Shown here in pieces: positions 16,304-26,207 of a stretch of DNA of 32,000 bases. This DNA comes from Beggiatoa leptomitoformis (GTDB lineage Bacteria; Pseudomonadota; Gammaproteobacteria; Beggiatoales; Beggiatoaceae), in assembly GCF_001305575.3 (NCBI RefSeq), contig NZ_CP012373.2, positions 2,334,261 through 2,366,260 on the forward strand, written 5' to 3'. Both the position numbers and the translations under genes were made by a program. Every line of letters begins with the position of its first letter. Position 1 is the first letter of the stretch. The notes under the pieces are model-generated. The model saw nothing but the letters and a program-made list of their open reading frames with translations, did no database searches and had not been told where the DNA came from.

Positions 16304-17206
16304 TTAGACACTTTGCAAACCATGATACAAGTTTACAACGTGGCGCGCCTCAGCAAAAAACAGCCAACGTTCTAATAAGATACCACTATAAGCGATAATG
16401 ACAGCAAGCCATTGTGAGACAACACTCGCATAGCCTAGCAAGATGGCAGGTAAAATAAATCCCATAATAAACACAATACTGCGCAATATACGAATTTGCA
16501 GTGCGGAAATAGAATAGTTAAATTCACGCGTTACAAACGTATCCGCCGTATGCCCTATCTCCAATAAACGGACAATAGCATAACTAAAGCCTGTAGCGGT
16601 GTTTATACTCGTTTCTGTTGGTTGCCCTAACCAACCGTAATAAATTAGTTTTGCACTTGCTGCAATGGCTATTAAGCTAAGTACAAACGGTAAAAAACCA
16701 GTGGCAATATCGCCCAATAACGCGACAAATAATAAACCACCCAACATAATTCCCAACAACACATAATTAATCGGGGTTAAAGGTGTGTACCACTGGCGAA
16801 TAGTTTTCAAACAGGCGTAAATCATGCCCGTTGCAAACAAGGTTAAAATGGCTAATATACTGATAAATAATGTAATACTCCAATGTGGTTTCCCTATCCA
16901 TAAGCTGATTAAATAAATTAAAACCACAGGATAAAAAATGACCGCCAATATACCCTCACGCGACAACCACGAAGTTCGAAAACGGCTAAATGCTCGCCAT
17001 GCCCTTGTTGGGTTCGCTAAATGCAGCGTAGAAGATAACAAACCAGCCGTAATGAAAACGAGAGCAATACAGACAATTAAAAAAATTTGTGTAACTGACA
17101 AATAAACATTTAAATTAATTAGTTGTACCAGCATGAGCAGGAACATTAAGCCATAACCCATGCCAGCCGTCACCGTGAAGAAAATAACAGAAAATGCAGG
17201 ACGCAT
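16304..17206 (-). CDS. soeC: DmsC/NrfD-like membrane anchor subunit of the molybdopterin oxidoreductase (SoeC-like)
   Basis: 300 aa, almost entirely hydrophobic with about 8 predicted TM helices. It is the last gene of the A-B-C operon on the - strand. The CDS is solid; the soe assignment is inferred (see findings). Confidence 0.6.
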   Translation of the reverse strand: MRPAFSVIFFTVTAGMGYGLMFLLMLVQLINLNVYLSVTQIFLIVCIALVFITAGLLSSTLHLANPTRAWRAFSRFRTSWLSREGILAVIFYPVVLIYLISLWIGKPHWSITLFISILAILTLFATGMIYACLKTIRQWYTPLTPINYVLLGIMLGGLLFVALLGDIATGFLPFVLSLIAIAASAKLIYYGWLGQPTETSINTATGFSYAIVRLLEIGHTADTFVTREFNYSISALQIRILRSIVFIMGFILPAILLGYASVVSQWLAVIIAYSGILLERWLFFAEARHVVNLYHGLQSV

Positions 17207-17226
17207 CGTATCAACCCTTTTTATTT

Positions 17227-17919
17227 TTAACGGATAATCGCTTTATTTATCCAAGTTTTAACAGTATTTAATAAACTTTGTTGCACATCGTCCGTTGCAA
17301 TGGGTTTACGCTGGCGTGGAGGTAAATAATGATTCGTGGGTTGATATCCCATTTCAGGCATCAGTTGATAGCCTGCACGCTCACTAACCAGTTGACTAAC
17401 CTTAGAATTTTCATCTGCAAAATCCCCAAAATAACGGGCATGTGCAGGGCATGTCACAACACAAGCAGGTTGACGGTCTTCAGGAGATAAGGCAGTGTCA
17501 TAAATTCTGTCTATGCACAATGTGCATTTTTTCATTGTTCCATCAACAGCATCTAATTCCCTTGCGCCATAAGGACAAGCCCAAGAACAGTAATTACAGC
17601 CCATACATTTATCTTGGTCGACCAGTACAATGCCATCTTCGGCGCGTTTATACGACGCACCTGTCGGGCAAACCGTAACACAAGCGGCTACTTCACAGTG
17701 CATACAAGACATTGGAAAATTGACAGTTTTGTTATGTGGGAAATCCCCAACCTCATACTGGCGAACTCGGTTAAACCAGACACCACTGGGGTCTTTACCG
17801 TATGGATTATAATCAGTTAATGCCCCCGTCGTTCCTGATGTATTCCATTGTTTACACGCAACCGAACACGCATGACAACCCACACAGACATCTAAGTCGA
17901 TGACTAAACCAAGTTTCAT
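17227..17919 (-). CDS. soeB: 4x[4Fe-4S] ferredoxin-type electron-transfer subunit (DmsB family; SoeB-like)
   Basis: 230 aa. Four Cys clusters are present: CVGCHACSVAC, CMHCEVAACVTVCP, CMGCNYCSWACP, and CTLCIDR...CVVTCP. Confidence 0.65.
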   Translation of the reverse strand: MKLGLVIDLDVCVGCHACSVACKQWNTSGTTGALTDYNPYGKDPSGVWFNRVRQYEVGDFPHNKTVNFPMSCMHCEVAACVTVCPTGASYKRAEDGIVLVDQDKCMGCNYCSWACPYGARELDAVDGTMKKCTLCIDRIYDTALSPEDRQPACVVTCPAHARYFGDFADENSKVSQLVSERAGYQLMPEMGYQPTNHYLPPRQRKPIATDDVQQSLLNTVKTWINKAIIR

Positions 17920-18114
17920 AACCTTGCCTTTTATAATGTTATTTAACTATCTGTTCTAACTTTATGAGTTGTTAAAACGCGAACACGCCACGCTTGCAAC
18001 TGGGTAAGCGTAGCTTGTTCCATCCGTACTGCAACCCATTGTTGAAATTGCCAAAACGCTAACCGTTGTTTTAAAACTTCTTGTTTACCTTATTAAATTC
18101 AGTTTATTAGTAAA

Positions 18115-21066
18115 CTACCGCCAGCCTTTCGTTAAAATATCCCAAAAAGACCGTTTAAGAGATACCGCTTTATGTGTTTGATAACGGAGTGTTGATGGTG
18201 CGGTTGCTTGTTGTTTTAAGGGCTTTATAGATGGAAACTGTGGGTAATTTCCTATTTCTTTAGCAGGATAAATTTTTACCCGTAAGTCATACCATGCTGC
18301 TTGTCCTGTTATCGGGTCTGAATTAGTTATATCAGGTGTCTCCGCCTGCGCAGGTAGCAATTCGGCAATTAGATGATTTATTAAAAATCCTTGTGTTGCT
18401 TCATTTGCATCGGGCGACAATCCCCACGCCCCAGCTTGTTTACCAACAGCATTCCATGTCCAAACAGTATTCGCTTCAACACCTTCCATTAATTTTACTT
18501 GTACACGAATTTTACCGTTATGTGATTCTACCCAAACCCATGATAAATCCTGAATATTTAGTTTTTCTGCACGTTGACGATTCATATATAAATAGTTTTG
18601 TGCCATGAGTTGTCGTAACCATGCGTTTTGTGAATCCCATGAGTGATACATAAACATAGGACGTTGAGTAATCGCATGAAATGGATACTCATTTGTATCA
18701 ATGCGTTGTTCTTCTAACGGCGGGTAATAAAAGGGGAGAGGGTCAAAATAACGAACAAGCCGTTGTTGATGGTCGGCACGGCTTGGCTGTATGCCTGCAT
18801 ATAAACCCAAACCTGCTAAACGGAATTTTTGCAAAGTTTCCGAATAAATTTCTAATACCATTGGTTGAGTGGTATCAATCCAACCCGCTTGTTTGGCTAA
18901 GGTTAAATAGTCTTGATTGGCAAAGCGATAATAATGTTGATTGGGTTTAAGCGCGTAACGGAAAAAAGATTTATTTTCAATATATTGTTCCCATTGTCGT
19001 GGGTTGGGTTCACCCCGTAAAGAGTGTGAACCATCTTTTCCGCGCCAACCTGCTAAAAAACCGATACCTGCTTCTTTTTCATAATTGACAATAAAATCTT
19101 TATAATCTTTGTATTTGCGTTCGCCATTCTGATGTGTAAAAGCAGGAAAACCTAAACGTCCCGCTAATTCCAACATAACCTCTTGCCAAGCGCGAACATC
19201 TCTATCAGGTGTAATAACCGTATGGCGAATTGAATCGCAGGCGGCAGTTGGTTCTGAAATTGGACGGTCGAGCATAGAAATAGTGTCATAACGTTCTAAG
19301 TAGGTCGTATCAGGCAACACTAAATCGGCATAGTTGACTGTTTCAGAATGAAACGCATCAACTACGACCAAAAAGGGGATTTTATACGCACCACTTGCAT
19401 CTTTGCTTTTTAACATATCAATAGTATTAGCGGTGTTCATGCTGGAATTCCACGCCATATTTGCCATAAATAACAATAAAGTATCTATTGGGTAAGGGTC
19501 AGCGTTTACGGCGTTATGAATCACCATGTGCATTAAACCATGTATAGATAAGGGTGCGTCCCATGAAAAGGCTTTGTCAATTCGGAGTGGGTTACCTTCG
19601 GCATCAATTGCTAAATCTTCAGGGCAGGTAGGAAAACCCAAGGGTGGCGATGTGAGTGGCGTATTAGGCGCGGTGGTTTTGGCGGGCTTCATCGCAGGCG
19701 GAATAGGTTTTGGATAGGGTGGCTTGGCTAAATGTCCGCCCGGACAGTCGATAGTACCCAGTAAAATTTGTAATAAATGCAAAGCACGACAGGCTTGAAA
19801 ACCATTGGAATGCGCAGAAATCCCACGCATCGCGTGCATGGAAACAGGACGACCAATAAACTGTGTTTGCTTACGTCCTGCCCAATCTGTCCATTCAATG
19901 TCTAGGGTAATACTTTCTTTAAAAGCAACATGCGCCATTTCTAGGGCTAGTCGTTCAATGGTTTCCGCGCTAACGCCACAAATGTCGGCAGCAACCGCTG
20001 GAGAATAGTCTGCGGTTAAATATTTATCTGCCAAAATTTGCATAACAGTTTTTAGTGGCTTACCGTCGGGCGCGGTAAATTCGCCAAATAAAGCGGGCTG
20101 AACACCTGCTTGTGTGGCATCTGTAAACTCATGTTGGCTTAAATCCCAGATTTGTGGTTGACCGTTTGCATCACGCCAGAATAAGCCATCCCCTGCTTGA
20201 TTGGGGGTATTGACAACTAAGTAAGGTGCATTGGTATAGCGCAGTAAAAATGCCCAATCAAATTGCTCATTTTTTAGTAAAACATGCACCATCGATAACG
20301 CGAATATGGCATCTGTGGTGGGACGAATAGCAATCCATTCATCCGCAATGGCTTGATACCCCGTGCGAACAGGATTGATTGAAACAAATTTTGCACCACG
20401 CCGTTTTAGTTTTTCTAAGCCTATCTTTAATGGATTTGACGCATGATCTTCAGCAACACCCCAGAGCATAAAATATTTGGTATGTTCCCAATCAGGTTCA
20501 CCAAACTCCCAAAAGGCATAACCCATTGTATAAAGCCCTGCGGCAGCCATATTAACCGAGCATAAACCCCCATGTGCAGCCCAGTTAATTGTTCCAAATT
20601 GGCTCGCCCACAACGCGGTTAAGGCTTGCATTTGGTCGCGTCCTGTAAAATAAGCAAGTTTTTTAGGGTCAGTTGCGCGAATTTGGCGTAAACGGTCAGT
20701 CAGTAATGTTAAAGCCTGTTCCCATGAAATTTCTTCAAACTCGCCCGCACCGCGCGCTGTTCCTTGTTTACGTAATAATGGGGTATGTAATTTCGCGGGC
20801 GATTGTTGTTTCATAATCCCCGCGTTACCCTTAGCACATAACACCCCCTGATTAACAGGATGGTCACGATTGCCTTGAATAAAGCGTACTTGTTCGTTTT
20901 CCAATGTCACTTTAATGCCACAACGACAAGCACACATATAACAGCTTGTATATTCGGTTTTTTGCTGGGTATGGTCTTCGAATACAGGTAAATCAAGCAC
21001 CAATTTGTCTGTTTGAAAATTATCGTTTTTTACTTGAGTAGGCACATGAGGAGCATTCATAAACAC
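18115..21066 (-). CDS. soeA: Molybdopterin (bis-MGD) oxidoreductase catalytic subunit without Tat signal (SoeA-like sulfite dehydrogenase candidate)
   Basis: 983 aa. The N-terminal Fe-S motif is C-x2-C-x3-C (SCYMCACRCG), with a fourth Cys in VLCAKG. It has the length and layout of the DMSO-reductase family. The first 40 residues contain no RRxF twin-arginine motif and no hydrophobic h-region. Confidence 0.65.
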   Translation of the reverse strand: MFMNAPHVPTQVKNDNFQTDKLVLDLPVFEDHTQQKTEYTSCYMCACRCGIKVTLENEQVRFIQGNRDHPVNQGVLCAKGNAGIMKQQSPAKLHTPLLRKQGTARGAGEFEEISWEQALTLLTDRLRQIRATDPKKLAYFTGRDQMQALTALWASQFGTINWAAHGGLCSVNMAAAGLYTMGYAFWEFGEPDWEHTKYFMLWGVAEDHASNPLKIGLEKLKRRGAKFVSINPVRTGYQAIADEWIAIRPTTDAIFALSMVHVLLKNEQFDWAFLLRYTNAPYLVVNTPNQAGDGLFWRDANGQPQIWDLSQHEFTDATQAGVQPALFGEFTAPDGKPLKTVMQILADKYLTADYSPAVAADICGVSAETIERLALEMAHVAFKESITLDIEWTDWAGRKQTQFIGRPVSMHAMRGISAHSNGFQACRALHLLQILLGTIDCPGGHLAKPPYPKPIPPAMKPAKTTAPNTPLTSPPLGFPTCPEDLAIDAEGNPLRIDKAFSWDAPLSIHGLMHMVIHNAVNADPYPIDTLLLFMANMAWNSSMNTANTIDMLKSKDASGAYKIPFLVVVDAFHSETVNYADLVLPDTTYLERYDTISMLDRPISEPTAACDSIRHTVITPDRDVRAWQEVMLELAGRLGFPAFTHQNGERKYKDYKDFIVNYEKEAGIGFLAGWRGKDGSHSLRGEPNPRQWEQYIENKSFFRYALKPNQHYYRFANQDYLTLAKQAGWIDTTQPMVLEIYSETLQKFRLAGLGLYAGIQPSRADHQQRLVRYFDPLPFYYPPLEEQRIDTNEYPFHAITQRPMFMYHSWDSQNAWLRQLMAQNYLYMNRQRAEKLNIQDLSWVWVESHNGKIRVQVKLMEGVEANTVWTWNAVGKQAGAWGLSPDANEATQGFLINHLIAELLPAQAETPDITNSDPITGQAAWYDLRVKIYPAKEIGNYPQFPSIKPLKQQATAPSTLRYQTHKAVSLKRSFWDILTKGWR

Positions 21067-21417
21067 ATAAACCCTTTGTATTTTAATAATTGGTTATATT
21101 CAAATTTACTAATTAAGCTGTCTATTAAAATAACGATTCTGTACTTATCGCACAAATGGATTTATTTTTTATGGTCATAAACCCAGTTTATGTCATAGCC
21201 TAAATTTGTATTTACTAGGACTTAGCCATTAAACTGTACTAGCGTGTTTGTTTGTACATTTCCCATTCGCAAGAAAACGGCTATTTTTTAACTAGAAATG
21301 GCTATATATGAACAAATCCGCCTCGACAAGATATTTTCACTTGTATCTGTTTTATAAAGCTACATTATAAAAACACGAATTCCCCTTACTCCATAATTTG
21401 TAACCAATTGAAAAACT

Positions 21418-22422
21418 ATGTTTATATTCGGCAAAAAGCAAGAAAATTCATCAGTGACACCCGCTACAGAAATCAGTCCTGAACAGACAGCAAAACCCAG
21501 TTTATTAAATCGTTTAAAACAAGGATTAAGTCGTACCCGTGAAAACCTAACCAGTGGATTAGCGCATTTATTGCTGGGTAAGAAGGCAATCGATGCGACA
21601 CTGTTGGATGAGTTAGAAACCTTGTTGTTATCCGCAGATATGGGGGTAGATGCCACGCAAGCGATGATTAAAGATTTAACCGAGCGGGCATCACGACAAC
21701 AATTAAAAGATTCGGATGCTTTATTTACGGCATTACAAGCTGATATGTTGAGCTTGTTACAAACGGCTGAAAAACCCTTAGTGTTGCCTGAAAAATCAAA
21801 TAAACCTTTTGTATTACTTATGGTTGGTGTCAATGGTGCAGGCAAGACTACAACGATTGGTAAATTAGCGAAACGTTTTCAGGCAGAAGGGCGGTCGGTA
21901 ATGTTAGCGGCGGGTGATACATTCCGCGCGGCAGCCGTTGAGCAGTTACAAGTGTGGGGTGAGCGGAATCAAGTATCTGTTATTGCACAACAAGGGCGAG
22001 CGGACTCAGCATCAGTCATTTTTGACGCATTGCAATCGGCGACGGCAAAAGGTATTGATGTGTTAATTGCAGATACCGCAGGACGCTTGCACACACAAAG
22101 CAACCTGATGGCAGAATTGCAAAAGGTTAAGCGTGTGTTACAAAAATTGGATGATAGCGCGCCACATGAGATTATGTTGGTATTAGACGCAAGTATCGGA
22201 CAAAATGCCCTAGTACAAGCGCAACAATTTCATCAAGCTGTTGGTGTAACGGGAATTACTTTAACAAAATTGGACGGTACGGCAAAAGGCGGAATGATTT
22301 TCGCGGTAGCAAAAAAACTGAATTTACCGATTCGTTTTATTGGTGTTGGCGAACAATCTGATGATTTACGAGTATTTTCTGCGGAAAATTTTGTCACTGC
22401 CTTATTAAGTCGGGAAGAATAA
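21418..22422 (+). CDS. ftsY: Signal recognition particle receptor FtsY
   Basis: 334 aa. NG domain motifs: GVNGAGKTTTIGKLA, DTAGRLH, TKLDGTAKGG. The acidic N-terminal region is short. Confidence 0.95.
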   Translation: MFIFGKKQENSSVTPATEISPEQTAKPSLLNRLKQGLSRTRENLTSGLAHLLLGKKAIDATLLDELETLLLSADMGVDATQAMIKDLTERASRQQLKDSDALFTALQADMLSLLQTAEKPLVLPEKSNKPFVLLMVGVNGAGKTTTIGKLAKRFQAEGRSVMLAAGDTFRAAAVEQLQVWGERNQVSVIAQQGRADSASVIFDALQSATAKGIDVLIADTAGRLHTQSNLMAELQKVKRVLQKLDDSAPHEIMLVLDASIGQNALVQAQQFHQAVGVTGITLTKLDGTAKGGMIFAVAKKLNLPIRFIGVGEQSDDLRVFSAENFVTALLSREE

Positions 22423-22470
22423 ACCCTTCTGCTAACAATAGTAACTAGTTGAATTAAAATATTTACCGTA

Positions 22471-22502
22471 TAGGGTGCGTTACGCGATACGAATGCACCC
22501 TA
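22471..22502. repeat. Intergenic stem-loop between convergent ftsY and the GNAT-fold gene (REP-like or terminator-like)
   Basis: TAGGGTGC (22471-22478) pairs with GCACCCTA (22495-22502) around a 16-nt loop. There is no flanking T-run on either strand. Confidence 0.4.
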
Positions 22503-22535
22503 CAACAATTATTATCTTTACAAGTAACAAGTTGA

Positions 22536-23492
22536 TTACTTGCTATCGCGATTATTCTTTAACAGTCGATAATGAATGGTATAAGCAGGAACTAAAATAT
22601 AATGCCAGCCTAATTTTAGCCCTGTATTCTGGAACTGCACGCAGTCGATAATAACGTAGCCTGCGCCAAATGCTTCTTCAAATACTGTTCGCATAAATAA
22701 ACGCCATTCAATCATTAATGCAATACTCTGTTTACGAATAGCATCCACACTGTCTGGAATGGGAACTGCAATGGGGTTGCCTTCCAGTTCCAGTGTATTA
22801 GGGCGTAAGGGTTGATGTAATCCATCCCCCCATTCTTGGGTTGCTAAAATTTGCATTTTATCTGCTTCAACTTGCCACAAACTATTATCCCGTTTATCCG
22901 CCAGTACGTCCTCTACCCATTGGCTTCGAATACGCCAGTCAACTTGTAAACGGTCGGTCGGCAAGCCTGCATTAATTTCATCCCGCATTTCCCCATAAAT
23001 ATTGCGCATGTAAATATTGCTGGTTGTGCCTAAACGATGCAGATTAAAAACGGCGTTAACATGTTGCAATGGGTCAAATGTCCAAGTAATCCAATCTGTT
23101 ACGCCTTGAGCAAGAATTTCCTCACGCTGTGCTAATTTTAGACGCAAGCCAATATCCCTACTCCGCCATTCGGGTAATACGCCCGTCATGTGGCTACAAT
23201 GTTTATAAACCATAGAGCCATCTGCCATTCGCAAAACCAATCCCGGCCAGCCAATCACCATTCCTACCATTCTGTCTAATTCTGGAGGGCCATCAGCGGT
23301 TCTGGCAACCAGCAATATCCCCCCATTTTTTGCAATGGTCATTGCGACATGAAAGGGAATTAAATCAATATCATCCGACATCCAAACCCGTTGTTGCACC
23401 ATTTGAAAGTGGCGACAATCCGTTACTGTACGCACAAGACGAATATCTAATGCATTATTATCTTTTTGTACTTCTGTAGGGATTTTTTGCAT
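22536..23492 (-). CDS. GNAT-fold protein of unknown function (COG3375-like)
   Basis: 318 aa. The pattern ...CSHMTGVLPEWRSRDIGLRLKLAQRE...WTFDPLQHVNAVFNLHRLG... matches my recollection of the COG3375 predicted acetyltransferase family. This is not verified. Confidence 0.5.
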   Translation of the reverse strand: MQKIPTEVQKDNNALDIRLVRTVTDCRHFQMVQQRVWMSDDIDLIPFHVAMTIAKNGGILLVARTADGPPELDRMVGMVIGWPGLVLRMADGSMVYKHCSHMTGVLPEWRSRDIGLRLKLAQREEILAQGVTDWITWTFDPLQHVNAVFNLHRLGTTSNIYMRNIYGEMRDEINAGLPTDRLQVDWRIRSQWVEDVLADKRDNSLWQVEADKMQILATQEWGDGLHQPLRPNTLELEGNPIAVPIPDSVDAIRKQSIALMIEWRLFMRTVFEEAFGAGYVIIDCVQFQNTGLKLGWHYILVPAYTIHYRLLKNNRDSK

Positions 23493-23849
23493 TATCGTTT
23501 TTTCTCTTAAAATGTTGAGGGTTAAATTAAAGTCATTTAGACTTAAGCATCAACTAATTTATACGTTTTCTCGTTTTGATAAACGGATTCACCCAATTTT
23601 ATTAAAATGGACTTGAAATAAAACAATCACCTATTTTAAGGAGGAGTCTTAACCTGTCTTGAGAAAGCCCATTTTAGCAAGTCATCAGTAAGACTATTAT
23701 CTTGTGAATATTACCATTTTATGGTGGTCATATAGATATTAAGTATTTCTGGATTTAAATTTTAGTTGAATAGTTTTAGGATTAAGTAGATTATAAATAT
23801 GGTTTAGTTTTTGCATTTTTATTATTTATAGCCCTTTTTACTCAAAAAT

Positions 23850-25307
23850 TTGAATTCACTGTTATTTATGCGTTATTACTCGATAATTCTGACGGTCACA
23901 TTTCCCTTATTTTTAGGCACATTGCCGACACAAGCCGTTGAGAATAATGTGATAAACTCACCCTCTTCTCCTGTAGTGACGCAGTCTGTTGTAATCCCTA
24001 CACCTGACGAGCCTACAACGGTGTCTGTCCCAGTGCTTTTAAATACTTGCCAAACACATTTGGATGCGAAACGCTTATTAACAGGTAAATCAGGTACTGC
24101 CTTTGATTGTTATAAACAAGTATTAAAAATTGAACCGCGCAATAAAACGGCTTTAGACGGGTTAGAAAGCATTGCTCGTGAATATGAAACCTTAACAAAA
24201 CAAGCTATTGAGAAAGAAACCGTAGAAAAAGCACGGGTTTTTCTATCTCGATTGAAAAAAGTTAATCCAAAACATAAAGCCATTGCCGAATTAACAAAAG
24301 AAATTGATGTACTGCAACAAAAAATAACAACAACGACAGAACCTCAAGCCCCTATTGTCCCACCTGTTGAAAAACCCGTACCAACACTAACAAATACCCA
24401 TCCTCATAATGGTAAGCCAACTATCTCTAACCCTGTTAATCCTATTGATAAAGTAGAGCAAAACCAAGCACCTGTTCAAATACGACCCGCACCCGATAAT
24501 AAACCAGAAATAAAACCAGACAATAAAATAGAAGCTAAAAAGAATCTTAAAACATGGCAAGAACCAAACACAAAAATGGTTTTTGTCTGGATACCTGATG
24601 GGTGTTTTAATATGGGTAGCCCAGACACAGAGGGCGGGAGATATGTGGATGAGTCCCCTACGCATAAAGCGTGCGTACAAGGATTTTGGATGGGACAGAC
24701 AGAAGTCACGAATGCGCAATATCGACTGTTTAAACCCAGTCATGATAGTGGAACTTACAGCGAACAATCGTTAAATGAAAATGAACAACCTGTTATAAAA
24801 GTAACATGGCAAGATGCACAAGACTATGCGCAATGGCTAAGCAAAATCGCGGGATATACCCTACAGTTACCAACAGAAACGCAATGGGAATATGCTGGGC
24901 GCGGGGGAACACAAACGCCTTATTTTTGGGGGGCTGATGCTAAACAAGCCTGTCAATATGCAAATGTCCATGATGCACATTCATTGAAATATAATCCGTT
25001 TAGTTGGTCTGGTTATGAATGCGATGACGGTTTTACAGTCACTGCTCCAGTTGGTCATTTTCAAGCGAATCCCTTTGGTTTATACGATATTGTAGGCAAT
25101 GTATGGGAATGGACTTGTACAAGCTATCATGCAACATATTCTCCACCAGAAAAAGAATGTTCTGTAACACAACTATCTGAGCAAGTTGTTGTTCGAGGAG
25201 GAGCATGGAATTATCGTCCAACATTTTCACGCATGGCAGCGCGTTTTAAAATGCTCAAAACAGACTATAGTCATAGTGGTGGATTTCGTTTAGTCCGATT
25301 AAAATGA
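23850..25307 (+). CDS. Secreted formylglycine-generating-enzyme (SUMF1/EgtB/PvdO) family protein with TPR-like and Pro-rich N-terminal regions
   Basis: 485 aa from TTG 23850; ATG 23868 (MRYYSIILTV...) is an alternative start.
- Signal peptide ending ...PTQA|VE.
- A TPR-like helical region, then a P/K/N-rich linker.
- A C-terminal FGE-sulfatase domain (QWEYAGRGG, FGLYDIVGNVWEWT, RGGAW). Confidence 0.8.
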   Translation: MNSLLFMRYYSIILTVTFPLFLGTLPTQAVENNVINSPSSPVVTQSVVIPTPDEPTTVSVPVLLNTCQTHLDAKRLLTGKSGTAFDCYKQVLKIEPRNKTALDGLESIAREYETLTKQAIEKETVEKARVFLSRLKKVNPKHKAIAELTKEIDVLQQKITTTTEPQAPIVPPVEKPVPTLTNTHPHNGKPTISNPVNPIDKVEQNQAPVQIRPAPDNKPEIKPDNKIEAKKNLKTWQEPNTKMVFVWIPDGCFNMGSPDTEGGRYVDESPTHKACVQGFWMGQTEVTNAQYRLFKPSHDSGTYSEQSLNENEQPVIKVTWQDAQDYAQWLSKIAGYTLQLPTETQWEYAGRGGTQTPYFWGADAKQACQYANVHDAHSLKYNPFSWSGYECDDGFTVTAPVGHFQANPFGLYDIVGNVWEWTCTSYHATYSPPEKECSVTQLSEQVVVRGGAWNYRPTFSRMAARFKMLKTDYSHSGGFRLVRLK

Positions 25308-25717
25308 GGGTGTTTTACCCGTTTTTGTGCGTAAATAATCCTTTTTGCATCTCGATACAATCTTTTTTTTCCAAAACATTACCACTTCCCGTTTACTTAT
25401 GTTTTAAACAAGCGATGTTATGCGTCTTAACTTAACCCTTAAAATCTCCTTCACAATTATCCTGCTTTTGTCTTTTGCATTGGGGATGATTAGTTTATTA
25501 AATTATTTCAAGTATGAAAAAACCTTTTCTAGTCTTGTGCAATCCCGTTTTGTTGTGTTGGTATTAGACTTAAAAAATACCTTAGAGAACAGCATTAACC
25601 TAGGGTTATCTTTAGCCGAAATTAACAACACTCAAAAAATTATTGAACGGATTGCACAACAAGACGAGCAAATTTTCTCTATTGATATTTTTGACCAAAC
25701 AGGGGCATTACTCTTTA

Positions 25718-25734
25718 GGGCGTGTCATCAAATA
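25718..25734. repeat. Left terminal inverted repeat of the IS
   Basis: GGGCGTGTCATCAAATA; the reverse complement of the right end is GAGCCTGTCATCAAATA. Confidence 0.85.
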
Positions 25735-25787
25735 GTAAAAAATGTTATATTATAGGTATATACCCAGATATCGCCAAGGATAAAACA

Positions 25788-26207
25788 ATGAGTCGTCGCT
25801 ATGCCTTAACCGATGAACAATGGTCAAAACTAGAACCGCTACTCCCTGGGCGTAAAGGACATGTCGGGATGACGGCTAAAGATAACCGCTTGTTTATTGA
25901 TGCTGTTCTATTCCGTTATCGCAGTGGCATTCCTTGGCGCGACCTCCCCGAACGCTTTGGTGATTTCCGTGTCGTCCATACCCGCTTCAGTCGTTGGTCT
26001 AAGAAAGGTGTCTGGGAACGTGTTTTCAAGATACTAAGTGCCGATGCCGATAATGAATATGCCATGATAGACAGCACAATAGTTAGAGCGCATCAACATA
26101 GTAGTGGTGGTGGCGCAGATGAAGCCATTGGACGTAGCGCAGGGGGTTTAAGTACCAAGATTAACTCCGTTGTTGACGCACTGGGCAATCCGACCCTTTT
26201 TTTTTGA
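25788..26207 (+). CDS. IS5-family transposase, orfA (N-terminal DUF4096-like part)
   Basis: MSRRYALTDEQWSKLEPLLPGRKG...IPWRDLPERFGDFRVVHTRFSRWSKKGVWERV is the typical IS5/IS427-group N-terminus. It also includes the first catalytic Asp region, DSTIVRAHQH. The true start is taken as ATG 25788, whereas the track ORF starts at 25722. The ORF ends in the T9 run. Confidence 0.9.
   Translation: MSRRYALTDEQWSKLEPLLPGRKGHVGMTAKDNRLFIDAVLFRYRSGIPWRDLPERFGDFRVVHTRFSRWSKKGVWERVFKILSADADNEYAMIDSTIVRAHQHSSGGGADEAIGRSAGGLSTKINSVVDALGNPTLFF

Noticed and set aside
17920-18114. Possible 26-codon minus-strand ORF (MEQATLTQLQAWRVRVLTTHKVRTDS) in the soeA-soeB spacer
   Set aside because: It is too short, has no Shine-Dalgarno sequence, and has no recognisable features. 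I cannot distinguish it from chance, so I retain it only as part of the remark on the long spacer.
21360-21845. 161-aa minus-strand ORF overlapping the ftsY start region
   Set aside because: It lies antisense to the strongly supported ftsY gene, has a Ser/Asn/Cys-rich low-complexity composition, and carries no recognisable motif. It is most likely a shadow ORF.
26197-26205. The T9 run in the transposase interpreted as proof of a dead, frameshifted IS copy
   Set aside because: Two-ORF organisation with slippage-prone homopolymers is a known expression strategy in IS families. In addition, both halves and both ends are intact. Without other copies for comparison, a mutation cannot be distinguished from programmed slippage, so I have not called it a pseudogene.
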